DNA of 64,000 bases from Candidatus Cloacimonadales bacterium (GCA_963665815.1 OY762463.1:2304001-2368000), one strand, 5' to 3'; shown: positions 1-10,491, counted from the first letter of the stretch. Program-made: numbers and translations. The notes: a model not told the origin generated them from the letters alone.

Positions 1-725
1 CGAGATGTTTTGCCGATAACCACTTTCATGTTCTCATTGATCCTGAAGTGTCTTCCCAGACGCAGAAACGATGCATTGACCGGATCAAGCATATTGTTCT
101 CACGCAGATCAACCAGCTTTGATTTCAGCCCTGTTTCCGTGAGAAGACAACCACCACCCGGATTAGAATACTCTTCTATGCCAAGCTCATCTGCAAGTTC
201 CATCTGACGTTTTCTGCTGCGTCCCTGAATATCCAGCATTTCTTCTTTATTCACCCAGCCTTCTCTGACAGGCAATGTATCTGCTATAAGCCTTTGGCAT
301 AAAGGCCTTACAATCAAATCTGCCACACCGCTGATTTTCTTTACTGCATTCATGGCATCAGCTCTCTGAGACATTGGTCTTTGTCCCAAAACTTCTCCGG
401 ATATAAGAAACTGAGCATCATATTCCTTCAGCAGTTCACCTGCTTTACGGAACATGATTCCATGACAGTCGATGCATGGATTAAGACTTTTGCCAAATCC
501 ATATCTGGGATTTTTCATCATTTCGAGATGTTCGTCGGTAAGGTCTATTACTTCAACTCTGATTCCGGCATGCTGCGCAGCTTCTTTCGCCTTTTTTGGT
601 CCGAAAAAAGGTGTTTTAAAAAATATGGGTATAACTCTATATCCGAGTTTCTGCATATATTTAACGCTCAAAACACTGTCCAGTCCACCGGAAAATAATG
701 CCAGAGCAGAATATTCTCTTTTCAT
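1..725 (-). CDS. ThiI/MnmA-like tRNA thiouridylase (PP-loop ATPase), 3' end runs off the window
   Basis: Not in the ORF track. Manual translation from ATG at 725 gives MKREYSALALFSGGLDSVLSV...NPCIDCH...ISGEVLGQRPMSQ...PGGGCLLTE...LGRHFR, i.e. the PP-loop SGGLDS plus the conserved Cys and GQRPMSQ motifs of this family. Confidence 0.85.
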   Translation of the reverse strand, partial: MKREYSALALFSGGLDSVLSVKYMQKLGYRVIPIFFKTPFFGPKKAKEAAQHAGIRVEVIDLTDEHLEMMKNPRYGFGKSLNPCIDCHGIMFRKAGELLKEYDAQFLISGEVLGQRPMSQRADAMNAVKKISGVADLIVRPLCQRLIADTLPVREGWVNKEEMLDIQGRSRKRQMELADELGIEEYSNPGGGCLLTETGLKSKLVDLRENNMLDPVNASFLRLGRHFRINENMKVVIGKTS

Positions 726-780
726 ACTCTTCCTTTCACTATCAATTAGAGATCTTTGTTTCTCTCAATTTTACAGAGTA

Positions 781-809
781 ATTAAACTTGTAAATGTTAA
801 TAATGTCAA
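781..809 (-). promoter_or_regulatory. Putative sigma70 promoter of the ThiI-like gene
   Basis: The minus strand reads TTGACA-17 nt-TTTAAT, about 55 bp upstream of the ATG at 725. Confidence 0.5.
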
Positions 810-1046
810 GTATGAATAATGCTCATATTTTGAGTCGTATCGACACTGACAGCATTTTCTTAAATATGTTAATTCCAGATAAAATGTTCTACAATTGTTT
901 ATTAATGACAGATATGTCTACATTTAATAATCCTTAATAAATAATGGTCATCCTGATTTATTCGGATTATTACAATGATGAACTGTACCTTTTTGTATTT
1001 ACATTATTATCTTGCTATATTGATATTATTTTATTTTTTTTGCATT

Positions 1047-1613
1047 ATGACTGAAATGATTGAAATAATTCTTATCGCAATTGGGCTGGCTATGGACGCT
1101 TTTGCAGTGTCAATAAGCTGTGGAGCCGGATTCAAATGTTTTGACCTGAAATATGCTCTGAAGATAGCATTTCTTTTTGGTTTATTCCAGGCTGTTATGC
1201 CTTTAGCCGGCTGGCTTCTGGGATCTACCTTTATAGGCTGGTTTATCGGCTACACACACTGGGTTGCATTCGGACTGCTGTTCCTTATCGGGATGAAAAT
1301 GCTGATAGATGCAGTTAAGGAACTCAGGAGTAAAGAGGAAAAACCCGAGTTCTGCTATCCTAAAAAACTGTCTGTGCTGCTTGGGCTGGCATTAGCCACA
1401 AGTATAGATGCTTTTGCTGTCGGACTCAGCTTTTCCATGCTTAAAATGACAATTATGTCTGCTGTCATTATCATTGGAGTAATAACTTTTATTTTGTCTT
1501 TCGCAGGTAAATATATAGGATATAAGATAGGACATATCTTTGAAGATAAGGTCGAAATAGTGGGAGCTTTGATTCTCATTGGAATAAGTATAAAAATAAT
1601 AATTATGAGGTAA
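1047..1613 (+). CDS. mntP: Manganese efflux pump MntP
   Basis: Two copies of the repeat motif (LAMDAFAVS and LATSIDAFAVG), FQAVMPLAGW, about 6 TM segments. Start moved to ATG 1047 (1056 also possible). Confidence 0.9.
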   Translation: MTEMIEIILIAIGLAMDAFAVSISCGAGFKCFDLKYALKIAFLFGLFQAVMPLAGWLLGSTFIGWFIGYTHWVAFGLLFLIGMKMLIDAVKELRSKEEKPEFCYPKKLSVLLGLALATSIDAFAVGLSFSMLKMTIMSAVIIIGVITFILSFAGKYIGYKIGHIFEDKVEIVGALILIGISIKIIIMR

Positions 1614-1616
1614 TTC

Positions 1617-2423
1617 ATGGATAAATACAATGTTCTTTTTGCATTTGGACTGACACTTTTTGCCGGACTTGCTACCGGTATTGGGAGTGCACTGGCATTT
1701 TTTGCAAAAAAAACTAATACAAAATTTCTTTCCACTGCTCTTGGTTTTTCTGCCGGAGTTATGATTTATGTATCATTTATTGAGATTTTCGTCAAAGCAA
1801 AAGATGCGCTCTCTGCATCACTGGGAGCAACAAAAGGATACTGGTATACAACACTGGCGTTCTTTGGAGGTATGCTTTTTATTGCATTGATAGATAAATT
1901 AGTACCTGATTTTGAAAACCCTCACGAAATCCATGGTGTGGAAGAAATGGATAAGAAACGTGATAAAAAAGGCAGCCTGCTTAGAATGGGTATGTTTTCT
2001 GCATTAGCAATTGCTATTCATAACTTTCCGGAAGGTCTGGCAACTTTTTCTGCTGCCCTCAAAGAACCTTCACTTGGTATTGGTATTGCCGTTGCGATTG
2101 CTATTCACAATATACCGGAAGGTATAGCTGTTTCAATTCCTATTTATTATTCAACCGGAAGCAGAAAGAAGGCTTTTGTCTATTCATTCCTTTCGGGGCT
2201 TTCCGAACCTGTTGGAGCTCTGGTCGGATTCATACTGTTAAAAGCATTCTTCAACGATATAGTATTTGGTTTATTGTTCGCCGGAGTAGCAGGGATTATG
2301 GTATTTATATCTCTTGATGAGCTTCTGCCTACAGCTCATAAATACGGAGAACACCATCTGGCAATCTACGGACTTGTGGGAGGAATGGCAGTCATGGCTT
2401 TAAGCCTGCTGATGTTTGCATAG
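1617..2423 (+). CDS. zupT: ZIP-family zinc/divalent metal transporter ZupT
   Basis: [33 protein letters not shown] and SLDELLP motifs. Confidence 0.93.
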   Translation: MDKYNVLFAFGLTLFAGLATGIGSALAFFAKKTNTKFLSTALGFSAGVMIYVSFIEIFVKAKDALSASLGATKGYWYTTLAFFGGMLFIALIDKLVPDFENPHEIHGVEEMDKKRDKKGSLLRMGMFSALAIAIHNFPEGLATFSAALKEPSLGIGIAVAIAIHNIPEGIAVSIPIYYSTGSRKKAFVYSFLSGLSEPVGALVGFILLKAFFNDIVFGLLFAGVAGIMVFISLDELLPTAHKYGEHHLAIYGLVGGMAVMALSLLMFA

Positions 2424-2537
2424 GTTAGTACAGGAAAAGCAGTTGATATAGTTTACTGGAGTTTATACCGTAGCTTTTCCCGGTTCTTTGGAACTCAGGG
2501 AACTTATATATCTAACATTTTTCAGTAGGTTAAGCCG

Positions 2538-2577
2538 GTTGAGTCCCGATGAAGTCGGGAAAGAAAAATGTTTCAAC
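2538..2577. repeat. REP-like palindrome
   Basis: Hairpin TCCCGA-tgaag-TCGGGA inside a GTTGA...TCAAC outer stem; intergenic. Confidence 0.35.
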
Positions 2578-2765
2578 ACAGCAGATAAACACCCATAGTT
2601 CCTGTCAAATCGAGAAGGAATACTGTAGACAGCTAAACTGCAACAATACCAGTATTACATCTTTATAAGAAAAATAAAATGCTTTACTTTTTTGAAAGCA
2701 CAAAAGAGATAAGGTCAAGAACTGACAGATATGAGATGCAGATAAGAAGATATTAGGGAGGACAT

Positions 2766-4691
2766 TTGAAAAACTACGTTTATGCCGGATTCTGGAGAAG
2801 GATACTGGCGTTTAAAATTGATGCAATCATAGCATTAATAATCTCATTAGTAATTATCAGATTGGTATATCTAAAAACCTATTATGCGTTGTTAGCTCAA
2901 TACCCCAATTATTATTTCTTTCTGATCATTCCTTTTTTTGTAGTGCCATGGTCGTACTTTATCTTTTTTCAAAGGTTTGCCGGAGCAACCCCAGGAGGAC
3001 TCATAACAAAGTTAAGAGTTTTAAACTCAGAAACTGGAATGAAGCAAAGTATAGCTATGCTGTTTCTCAGACAGCTTATATTCTGGTTCATATATCCTTG
3101 TTCAATTTCAGTATTCTATGACTCAAGAAAACAGGGACTTCATGATAAACTATCTAAAACAATTGTAGTGATGAAGTCTAATAAACCAAATGTTTACTAT
3201 CTTTCATTTCCTACTCATCAAGAAGCAAAAGACAATAGATTATCTTACTTGACGAACATAATAGCAATAGTAATGGTTATAGTCAATTTACTTTATTTCT
3301 ACTGGATTAACCATGATGACAGACTGTTGCCTGGAGCTCAATTCTGGTTAGCAAAAGAGGAATCTACCTTAATGCCAGCCGAAGACAATTTATTATACTA
3401 TTTGGTTGGATTCGGGAAGACAAATGATGATAATTCATTTGAAACAGGAAAAAAAATCGTAAGAAATAATTTAATTTTGAGTGAATTAAAAATACAGCAT
3501 ACACGAAAAATGGTAAGAGAAATGAATAGTTATGGTTTCCCTCCTACTACTCCCGACAGTCTTAGGAACCTGGAATCCATATTAAAGGGAGATGCATTCC
3601 TCGACAAAATAAATGGGTTTGATGAAAAAAGTATAGAGTTTGTTAAACGAAACAAGGGCTTCTTCAATCAAAAACTTCTATGGTTCTCAGAGCTTAAACA
3701 TCAAACAGAAATTATCATATCCAAAAATATTTATTATGATGATATTCTGCAATATGATGCTCTAAGTTTCCAACCTTATCATGATTTTCATATTTATATA
3801 AGACTTCGGCTTATAAGCTATCTTACAGACGAAGGTATACAAACAAGTGAGATTTTATCATTCCTTGAGGATTTACAAAGAATCTACACATTAATTATTG
3901 TGAATACAAGAGATCTTTATACTACTAGATATACAACTTTTGCATATCAAAATGTCATCAGATTTTACGGTTTACTTCTGGATTCTGATTCAGTTAGTAA
4001 AAAGCAATTGAATGATTCTATATTTAATCTAAGAACACCAACATTAGATTATGAGAATTATGAAACAAAAATCAGACACGAATTCAGAAATAAAATATTT
4101 GAATTGCTTTCTTATATGTGTGGAAGTGATGCAATATTTAAGCGTGAAAGATTATATGTAACTGAAAAAGAACTCAACTCATTGAATTGGTCAAAGTTCA
4201 AACCAAATAAAACAATAAATGTATATTATAGAAACTTCTCGAATATACTCAAAGGCAAAATTAATGATGATTCTGATATTGTTAAGTTACCATTTACATT
4301 CTTAAGCCGATTAAACAATATAGTTGGAATAGCCGGTACCAATTCTTCATATTATAATGTACATGATTTGAGAAATACAGAGAATACCTTGTTAAATCTG
4401 CAAAGCATGAGCAACCTCCTTAAGCTGAAAGCCATGATATACAGAGACCATGTAAAAGAGGAAAACATTCAGGAATTCCTGAACACTCATGCTGATTCAT
4501 TATATGATGTGCTTACAAGAGAGCCAATGAAATGGAATTCTGATGAACAGGAAATCTACTTTGGTGAGAAAACAGAAACACCAGAGGAGTATGAAGCTTA
4601 CCTTAAAATGGAACGTGATGAAAAGAAAAACAGACGTTTTAGAACATCGCGACATGAAAACCCGGATGCTTTGAAACTATATTTTAATTAG
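2766..4691 (+). CDS. RDD-domain membrane protein with large extracytoplasmic C-terminal domain (paralog 1 of 4)
   Basis: N-terminal YAGFWRRILAFKID...ATPG...LRV...RKQGLHDKLSKTIVV is an RDD signature, followed by an extra TM helix and a ~450-aa soluble domain. TTG start after GGGAGG. Confidence 0.8.
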   Translation: MKNYVYAGFWRRILAFKIDAIIALIISLVIIRLVYLKTYYALLAQYPNYYFFLIIPFFVVPWSYFIFFQRFAGATPGGLITKLRVLNSETGMKQSIAMLFLRQLIFWFIYPCSISVFYDSRKQGLHDKLSKTIVVMKSNKPNVYYLSFPTHQEAKDNRLSYLTNIIAIVMVIVNLLYFYWINHDDRLLPGAQFWLAKEESTLMPAEDNLLYYLVGFGKTNDDNSFETGKKIVRNNLILSELKIQHTRKMVREMNSYGFPPTTPDSLRNLESILKGDAFLDKINGFDEKSIEFVKRNKGFFNQKLLWFSELKHQTEIIISKNIYYDDILQYDALSFQPYHDFHIYIRLRLISYLTDEGIQTSEILSFLEDLQRIYTLIIVNTRDLYTTRYTTFAYQNVIRFYGLLLDSDSVSKKQLNDSIFNLRTPTLDYENYETKIRHEFRNKIFELLSYMCGSDAIFKRERLYVTEKELNSLNWSKFKPNKTINVYYRNFSNILKGKINDDSDIVKLPFTFLSRLNNIVGIAGTNSSYYNVHDLRNTENTLLNLQSMSNLLKLKAMIYRDHVKEENIQEFLNTHADSLYDVLTREPMKWNSDEQEIYFGEKTETPEEYEAYLKMERDEKKNRRFRTSRHENPDALKLYFN

Positions 4692-4731
4692 GAAGGATAT
4701 AATGAAAAACTACGTTTATGCCGGATTCTGG
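4413..4731 (+). repeat. ~319-bp direct repeat, copy 1 (3' end of RDD1, spacer, 5' end of RDD2)
   Basis: Near-identical to 6355-6673 (offset 1942); about 8 substitutions seen by eye, all in the first half. Confidence 0.9.
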
Positions 4732-6633
4732 AGAAGGACATTAGCTGTTTTAATCAATATGGTTATTGCAATGATTTTTCATGCCGTTTTTTTGAATTTC
4801 GATACATATATTTCTATTGCTGGACAAAGACCAATTCTGGTGGATGTTTTAAATATTGCCCTAATGTTCTTTTCATGTATTGTGTCTGTTCTGATGCTGC
4901 GTTTTCTGGGAGCAGATATTGGCGGATTGATTCTCAAGATGAGAGTTGTGAATGCTGAAACAGGCAATCACCAATCTGTAAAGAACCTGATTATCAGGTT
5001 TTTCATGCAGTACTTCAATTTCCTCAGTTTTGTTTCCATATTTTACGATTCCAGAAAGCAAGGTTGGCATGACAAGGTTTCTTCATCTCTGGTTGTAGTG
5101 AAGTCCGGCAATGAACAGGAATACAGAATTGAGTTCCCTACATTTTCAACGGATAAGGATAGAAAATTCAACTTCTTGATTTATATTTTTACAATACTAT
5201 TTGCTCTCGTCAATACTGCATTTTTAACAATCAGCCTGCATGAAGATTCTTTATTACCGGAAGCTGCTGCATGGATAGGTGAACACATGGAGAAAGAAGA
5301 AAATCCTGAGGATAATGGATTCTACTATCTAATTGGCTTTGGAATGACTACTGATGTAAACCAGTTTGAGAAAGGGTATCAAATAGTTCAGGAAATAAAT
5401 AAAAAATCACTGGAAACTAGAGAAAAAGTAAGAAATAGACTTATGGGAAAGGGACCTAATCCATTTTCCGTATTTCCGAAAAGACAAAAGGAAGAGACAT
5501 TTTTCCTCGAAGAAGATGAACTTGTGAAACACTTATGCAAGGTAAAATATGATACTACTATGTTAGATTCTACTAGAAAATACAAGAAAGATTTAAGTCG
5601 TATACTGAACAAATTCGAGTCTTTAGATTCTCAGATAACTAGAATTACGGATCAGAAAACCTTTATTAATACTGAATGGCCTAACTGGGAATATACTACT
5701 CACAAGAGCTTGATATTACTTTCGAATTATCTTGAGTTGAAGATTATGTTAAGATTAAGTGAGTTTGATAAAGATAATACGTCCCTTTTTGAAACCCTGG
5801 ATATAGTTGATGAAACCGGGAGATACATTCTGAAAAACTCAAGCAATGAGTATCATTGTTTGGTATCCGGTATAATTGTAAGGTATAAATCACTTGTTCT
5901 TGAATTATTGTTAGATTCATACAGAAATTCTTCGGCTATAATCAATCAAATTCTGGAAATGGAAAACCTTACTGATGATCATGTAAATTTGCAAAATATT
6001 GCCAAAAGGATATTTTTAGAAAAAGTTAGTTCAGCTTTCCTACCTGTAAACGGTAAAAATGAGATATTCCTTCGTGATGAATTTTTCATGAGACAAAACG
6101 AAGTCTCCACATTTTACTGTAGATTTTTTAAGCCAAACAAATACATTAACAGTGAATATAAATATTATAGCTTATTATGCAATTTACATTTAAAAAATGG
6201 AGAAGAAATTGAGAACTTTAATGCTGATAGTATACTGATTAAAAAGAGTGACTTCAACCTTCTGAATAATCCTGTAAGTGTTGCTTATCATGAAAATAAA
6301 AGGACACTTAATGTTACAGTATTAAATATATTGAAAAAGGAAATGAATCGGATTAACCTCCTGAAACTGAAAGCCATGATATACAGAGACCATGTAAAAG
6401 AAGAAAACATTCAGGAATTCCTGAACGCTCATGCTGATTCATTGTATGATGTGCTAACAAGAGAACCAATGAAATGGAATTATGATGAACAGGAAATCTA
6501 CTTTGGTGAGAAAACAGAAACACCAGAGGAGTATGAAGCTTACCTTAAAATGGAACGTGATGAAAAGAAAAACAGACGTTTTAGAACATCGCGACATGAA
6601 AACCCGGATGCTTTGAAACTATATTTTAATTAG
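4702..6633 (+). CDS. RDD-domain membrane protein (paralog 2 of 4)
   Basis: YAGFWRR...RKQGWHDKVSSSLVV; the last ~90 aa are nearly identical to paralog 1. Confidence 0.8.
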   Translation: MKNYVYAGFWRRTLAVLINMVIAMIFHAVFLNFDTYISIAGQRPILVDVLNIALMFFSCIVSVLMLRFLGADIGGLILKMRVVNAETGNHQSVKNLIIRFFMQYFNFLSFVSIFYDSRKQGWHDKVSSSLVVVKSGNEQEYRIEFPTFSTDKDRKFNFLIYIFTILFALVNTAFLTISLHEDSLLPEAAAWIGEHMEKEENPEDNGFYYLIGFGMTTDVNQFEKGYQIVQEINKKSLETREKVRNRLMGKGPNPFSVFPKRQKEETFFLEEDELVKHLCKVKYDTTMLDSTRKYKKDLSRILNKFESLDSQITRITDQKTFINTEWPNWEYTTHKSLILLSNYLELKIMLRLSEFDKDNTSLFETLDIVDETGRYILKNSSNEYHCLVSGIIVRYKSLVLELLLDSYRNSSAIINQILEMENLTDDHVNLQNIAKRIFLEKVSSAFLPVNGKNEIFLRDEFFMRQNEVSTFYCRFFKPNKYINSEYKYYSLLCNLHLKNGEEIENFNADSILIKKSDFNLLNNPVSVAYHENKRTLNVTVLNILKKEMNRINLLKLKAMIYRDHVKEENIQEFLNAHADSLYDVLTREPMKWNYDEQEIYFGEKTETPEEYEAYLKMERDEKKNRRFRTSRHENPDALKLYFN

Positions 6634-6673
6634 GAAGGATATAATGAAAAACTACGTTTATGCCGGATTCTGG
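6355..6673 (+). repeat. ~319-bp direct repeat, copy 2 (3' end of RDD2, spacer, 5' end of RDD3)
   Basis: Matches 4413-4731. Confidence 0.9.
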
Positions 6674-8533
6674 GACAGATTTATAATGTATTTGTTCGAT
6701 GTAATGATTATTGCAGGGATTAACTATCTGTTTTCTATCGTGTTCAAGGTAAATAACGGTTTTATGTATCAACCCGGTACTATTGCTGCTTTTTATGCAA
6801 AATTTTATGTTATATTCCCCGTAATCTATTTCCCTGTTATGTGGATTCTATTCGGTGGTTCTATTGCATATCTTTTCAGACAGATTAAAATAGTTGATGC
6901 CAGAACCGGGGAGAAACCACCTTTCTGGAAAATGATTATCAGATATATCACATTCCCAATATCAATACCGCTTTTAGGTCTTGGAGTGCTCTGGATGCTC
7001 TGGGATTCCCACAACCAAACCTGGCATGATAAGTTTTCCGGAACAATTGTGGTTAAGAGAAAAACTTTTAAACGAAAAGATCTTACTGTAGAGAACATAG
7101 AAAATCTGGTCGATGAGCAGAAAACAACTTTTCCACTTCCTCCTGCTCCAAGAGATAAAACTTTATGGAAGGTTGGAATTGTTTTTGCAGTAATATCACT
7201 CTTTGCCTGTGCAGGTATATCCTACATATTAAACTATGACGAAGAATTATCTTCCAGTGCCGGTGAATGGCTGTATGAGGAGCCTTTTGTAGAAACTGAT
7301 CCTCAGGATAACGCTTATTATTATTTAGTTGGATTTGAAGCTTCAAAAGACCAGAGTGCTTTTAATGCCGGATTTGATTTTGTGAATAATGAAAATGATA
7401 TTGTATCTGGGAGAGCTAAAAGATCTCAATTCCCTGATGAAAATTCGATTATAAAAATCTCCCCTATTGATGAAGGTAATTTTGGTCAGGATGCTTATGA
7501 TGCTCTGAAAAATCCTGAAATATTCCAAAAGTTTATGAGCAAAAACAGAGATAAACTTAACTCCTATTTCAGTGATAATACTGTCCTCATAAATAGACTT
7601 AATCGAATTTCAGCCAAGTTGGAAAAAGGTTATTATAAAGAAACCATCATCGACGAGGCTTCTGTTAAAATACCGGTACTCGTTACATACATAACCACGA
7701 TAAGATTTTTACTCACCATTTATGCGGATGATTATGTACATTCTGACAAAAAAGAAGCGTTAGAAAAGATCGCAGCTTTTAAGGATGACGGATTAACTCT
7801 TGTCCGTGAATCTCAATCCATCCTGACATATCTGATTTACAGGACAACTGTGCTGCTTACTCTGGACACCTACAATCTCCTTCTTGAACTTGATCCGCAA
7901 AATAGCCGGTTACATCAGGAAATTAGTAATATATCACCTATCTCTCAGGAAGAGATGCCTATGCAGAAAATTGCAAAGCATGATTTCAGATATTATTCAT
8001 CATATTATCTCAATATGTTTAATCCAAATAAAACAATCTACTCAAAAGATAAATTTCACATCTCGGAAGATGATGTGGTTCATAGTAAATCAATAATCTT
8101 CAAACCTGGAATGACATTGAATCAGGAATACAAGTATTCCAGGAATATGGAGGAGCTATCTTCAGTTCAGGGGAAAGACTTCTATAAGAATTTTGCTAGA
8201 TTAAGTGCAATACACGAAAACACAGTATTTGACTATATCAGAAACCCTTTCGGCTCTGCAATTGTGAATATCGCCAGACCCAGTAACGGAGATTACTACA
8301 TAACCAAACATGACATCAATGGAAGAATTACCTTATTGAAACTGAAATCCGAAATATACAGTAAAAAAATTGCTGAATCTGATGTAGCTGATTTCATAGA
8401 AGCAAATAATACTGAATATTACAATCCATTTACATTAGTTCCAATAAAATTCAATGAACAATCAAATGAAATATACTATCTTGGACCGGATGAGAATTTC
8501 AATCCAAGTCGAAAACTATCGTTATCATTTTAA
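6644..8533 (+). CDS. RDD-domain membrane protein (paralog 3 of 4)
   Basis: YAGFWDRF...IVDARTGEKP...QTWHDKFSGTIVV; C-terminal YNPFT...IYYLGPD. Confidence 0.8.
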   Translation: MKNYVYAGFWDRFIMYLFDVMIIAGINYLFSIVFKVNNGFMYQPGTIAAFYAKFYVIFPVIYFPVMWILFGGSIAYLFRQIKIVDARTGEKPPFWKMIIRYITFPISIPLLGLGVLWMLWDSHNQTWHDKFSGTIVVKRKTFKRKDLTVENIENLVDEQKTTFPLPPAPRDKTLWKVGIVFAVISLFACAGISYILNYDEELSSSAGEWLYEEPFVETDPQDNAYYYLVGFEASKDQSAFNAGFDFVNNENDIVSGRAKRSQFPDENSIIKISPIDEGNFGQDAYDALKNPEIFQKFMSKNRDKLNSYFSDNTVLINRLNRISAKLEKGYYKETIIDEASVKIPVLVTYITTIRFLLTIYADDYVHSDKKEALEKIAAFKDDGLTLVRESQSILTYLIYRTTVLLTLDTYNLLLELDPQNSRLHQEISNISPISQEEMPMQKIAKHDFRYYSSYYLNMFNPNKTIYSKDKFHISEDDVVHSKSIIFKPGMTLNQEYKYSRNMEELSSVQGKDFYKNFARLSAIHENTVFDYIRNPFGSAIVNIARPSNGDYYITKHDINGRITLLKLKSEIYSKKIAESDVADFIEANNTEYYNPFTLVPIKFNEQSNEIYYLGPDENFNPSRKLSLSF

Positions 8534-8547
8534 ATAGGGATTTGTTA

Positions 8548-10446
8548 ATGAAAAACTACGTTTATGCCGGATTCTGGGACAGATTTATAATGGGACTGCT
8601 TGATCTTATTATAGTTCTCGGACTGATTTATGTTATTAAAACTCCGTTACATGTTAATTTCTTTTCCATATACTCGAAAGAACTGTCTCAGTTTTACACA
8701 GTCTGGTTTATCAGAGCAATACCGTTTCTGTATTATATTGGAAGCTGGAAGCTACTGGGTGGAACTCCTGCCAATATTGTAAGACAGGTCCGGATTCTGG
8801 ATTGCGCCACAGGTGAAAAGCCTTCCCTTGTAAAGCTGTTAATCCGATTCCCGGGAATGTTTGTATCAGCACCTCTTCTTTTTCTCGGGTACTTCCAAAT
8901 GTTGTGGGATTCCCGTAAACAGACCTGGCATGATAAGCTTGCCGGCTCGGTTGTAGTAAGGAACAAGACTCACAAGAAAGCTGAAATCAGTATTGATGAC
9001 ATTGATAGTATTGCTGCTGAAACAGGATTGCAATTCCCAATAGAACCGTCCGAAAGAGATGTTTCACTCTGGAAGTTTGGAAGATTCGTTACTGCGATCT
9101 CAGCCGTGCTGTTTGTAATGTTCTGTATCTACTGGTTCAGGGATGAACCGCTGTCTCCGGGAGCTAAGCAATGGCTGTCTGAGATAGATTATGAGATTGA
9201 TGACCCTTACAACAATGTGTATTACCATCTGGACGGCTTTCAAGCTCCTGAAGGAATGTTGCCCTATATATATTCTAGAGAGAATGCCGAAATAAACAAT
9301 AGAAATGTATTAAAATATCAACAAAATTTAGGTGTATCAAAAGCTGATGAGATTCCGTTTGAGGAAGAACTAAATAATGAGTACTTTCCAGTGAATGATT
9401 TTAAGAAGCTTGCATTAAATCTCAAAGATCCTGATTCACTTTTTTTATACTGCACTCAAAGAAAATCAGATATACTAGCCCTTAAGCAGAAGTATTCATT
9501 TCTTGATGAGCGTTACAAGAAAATTGAAGAGCTTGCCACATCTGGTACATTCAGAAACCCGTTTATACCATCACCTATTACGAAATTGCCTATTTTCATG
9601 CATTATGTTTCTTATCTACGTATGCAAAACCATTTTAATTCTCTTGATTATATTGAGGGATCAAGAAAAGACGCTGTGAAAAATCTACTTAGGAACTTAT
9701 CTACAAATATTACATTAACAGAACAAGCACCGGACTTAATATCAAAGCTGGCTTTGTCTATAGCGGTCAGAGATCATATAATAACTCTCTGCCACTTATT
9801 GGACTACAATTCCAGTGATTCATGTATACATACTGAAATCGACAAAATGAACTATTTAAGCAGTGACTTCACTGATATGACCAAAGTGTTTAAGTCTCAA
9901 TTTTATGAGCAAATTGCTACTTTACTTACTACATACACATCTGTAAGAAAGCTCTACTCAAGAATACCATTTGAAATTACAGAGGAAGACATTAATTATG
10001 GCTATCTTCTCTCTCATCGACCTGGAGAAACTATAAATCAAGAATACAAGATGCTTGCAAGCTTAGCTGAGTTTTCCAAACTACCCGGTGATGAGTTTGT
10101 TCATAAGATTAACAGAGATTTCATTCCTCAAAGGAAAACTATCGATGCTCTTAGAAACTTGCCTCTGTATATTATTACAATTGCCGTTCCAGACTGGAAT
10201 GAATACACAGTGAAACTGCATGATATCAATGGCACAATTACTCTGACAAAACTCAAATCTCTTATCTATCAAAACAACATTAAGAAAAGCAGTTTAGATG
10301 TTTTCCTTGAGGAAAATAAAGAAAAGCTGCATAATCCATTCAGTGATGAAGCGATTCAATTCAATGCAGAAACGAATGAGATTTACTATACCGGACCTTA
10401 TCAGGAAGACCATAAAGATTACAGGAGTGTTAAACTCACATTTTAG
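8548..10446 (+). CDS. RDD-domain membrane protein (paralog 4 of 4)
   Basis: YAGFWDRF...GGTPA...RKQTWHDKLAGSVVV. Start set at ATG 8548 by alignment with the paralogs. Confidence 0.8.
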   Translation: MKNYVYAGFWDRFIMGLLDLIIVLGLIYVIKTPLHVNFFSIYSKELSQFYTVWFIRAIPFLYYIGSWKLLGGTPANIVRQVRILDCATGEKPSLVKLLIRFPGMFVSAPLLFLGYFQMLWDSRKQTWHDKLAGSVVVRNKTHKKAEISIDDIDSIAAETGLQFPIEPSERDVSLWKFGRFVTAISAVLFVMFCIYWFRDEPLSPGAKQWLSEIDYEIDDPYNNVYYHLDGFQAPEGMLPYIYSRENAEINNRNVLKYQQNLGVSKADEIPFEEELNNEYFPVNDFKKLALNLKDPDSLFLYCTQRKSDILALKQKYSFLDERYKKIEELATSGTFRNPFIPSPITKLPIFMHYVSYLRMQNHFNSLDYIEGSRKDAVKNLLRNLSTNITLTEQAPDLISKLALSIAVRDHIITLCHLLDYNSSDSCIHTEIDKMNYLSSDFTDMTKVFKSQFYEQIATLLTTYTSVRKLYSRIPFEITEEDINYGYLLSHRPGETINQEYKMLASLAEFSKLPGDEFVHKINRDFIPQRKTIDALRNLPLYIITIAVPDWNEYTVKLHDINGTITLTKLKSLIYQNNIKKSSLDVFLEENKEKLHNPFSDEAIQFNAETNEIYYTGPYQEDHKDYRSVKLTF

Positions 10447-10491
10447 TTGCATACAGATGATTAGAATCAACTATCAGTTTGACAGGCTCTT

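Noticed and set aside
10-819. Three + strand ORFs in the track (10-207, 381-698, 472-819)
   Set aside because: They are shadows of the minus-strand ThiI-like gene, which has clear family motifs.
726-1046. yybP-ykoY Mn riboswitch upstream of mntP
   Set aside because: No GGGGAGUA-type core or four-way junction visible; the region is very AT-rich.
2540-2565. Hammerhead ribozyme suggested by GATGA...GAAA
   Set aside because: The core reads CCGATGA rather than CTGATGA, and stems I and III cannot be formed; better explained as a REP-like hairpin.
2766-10446. CRISPR array or integron cassette array behind the repeated gene starts
   Set aside because: The repeats lie in coding sequence ~1.9 kb apart, spacers between genes are only 10-14 bp with no attC-like hairpins, and no cas or intI gene is present.
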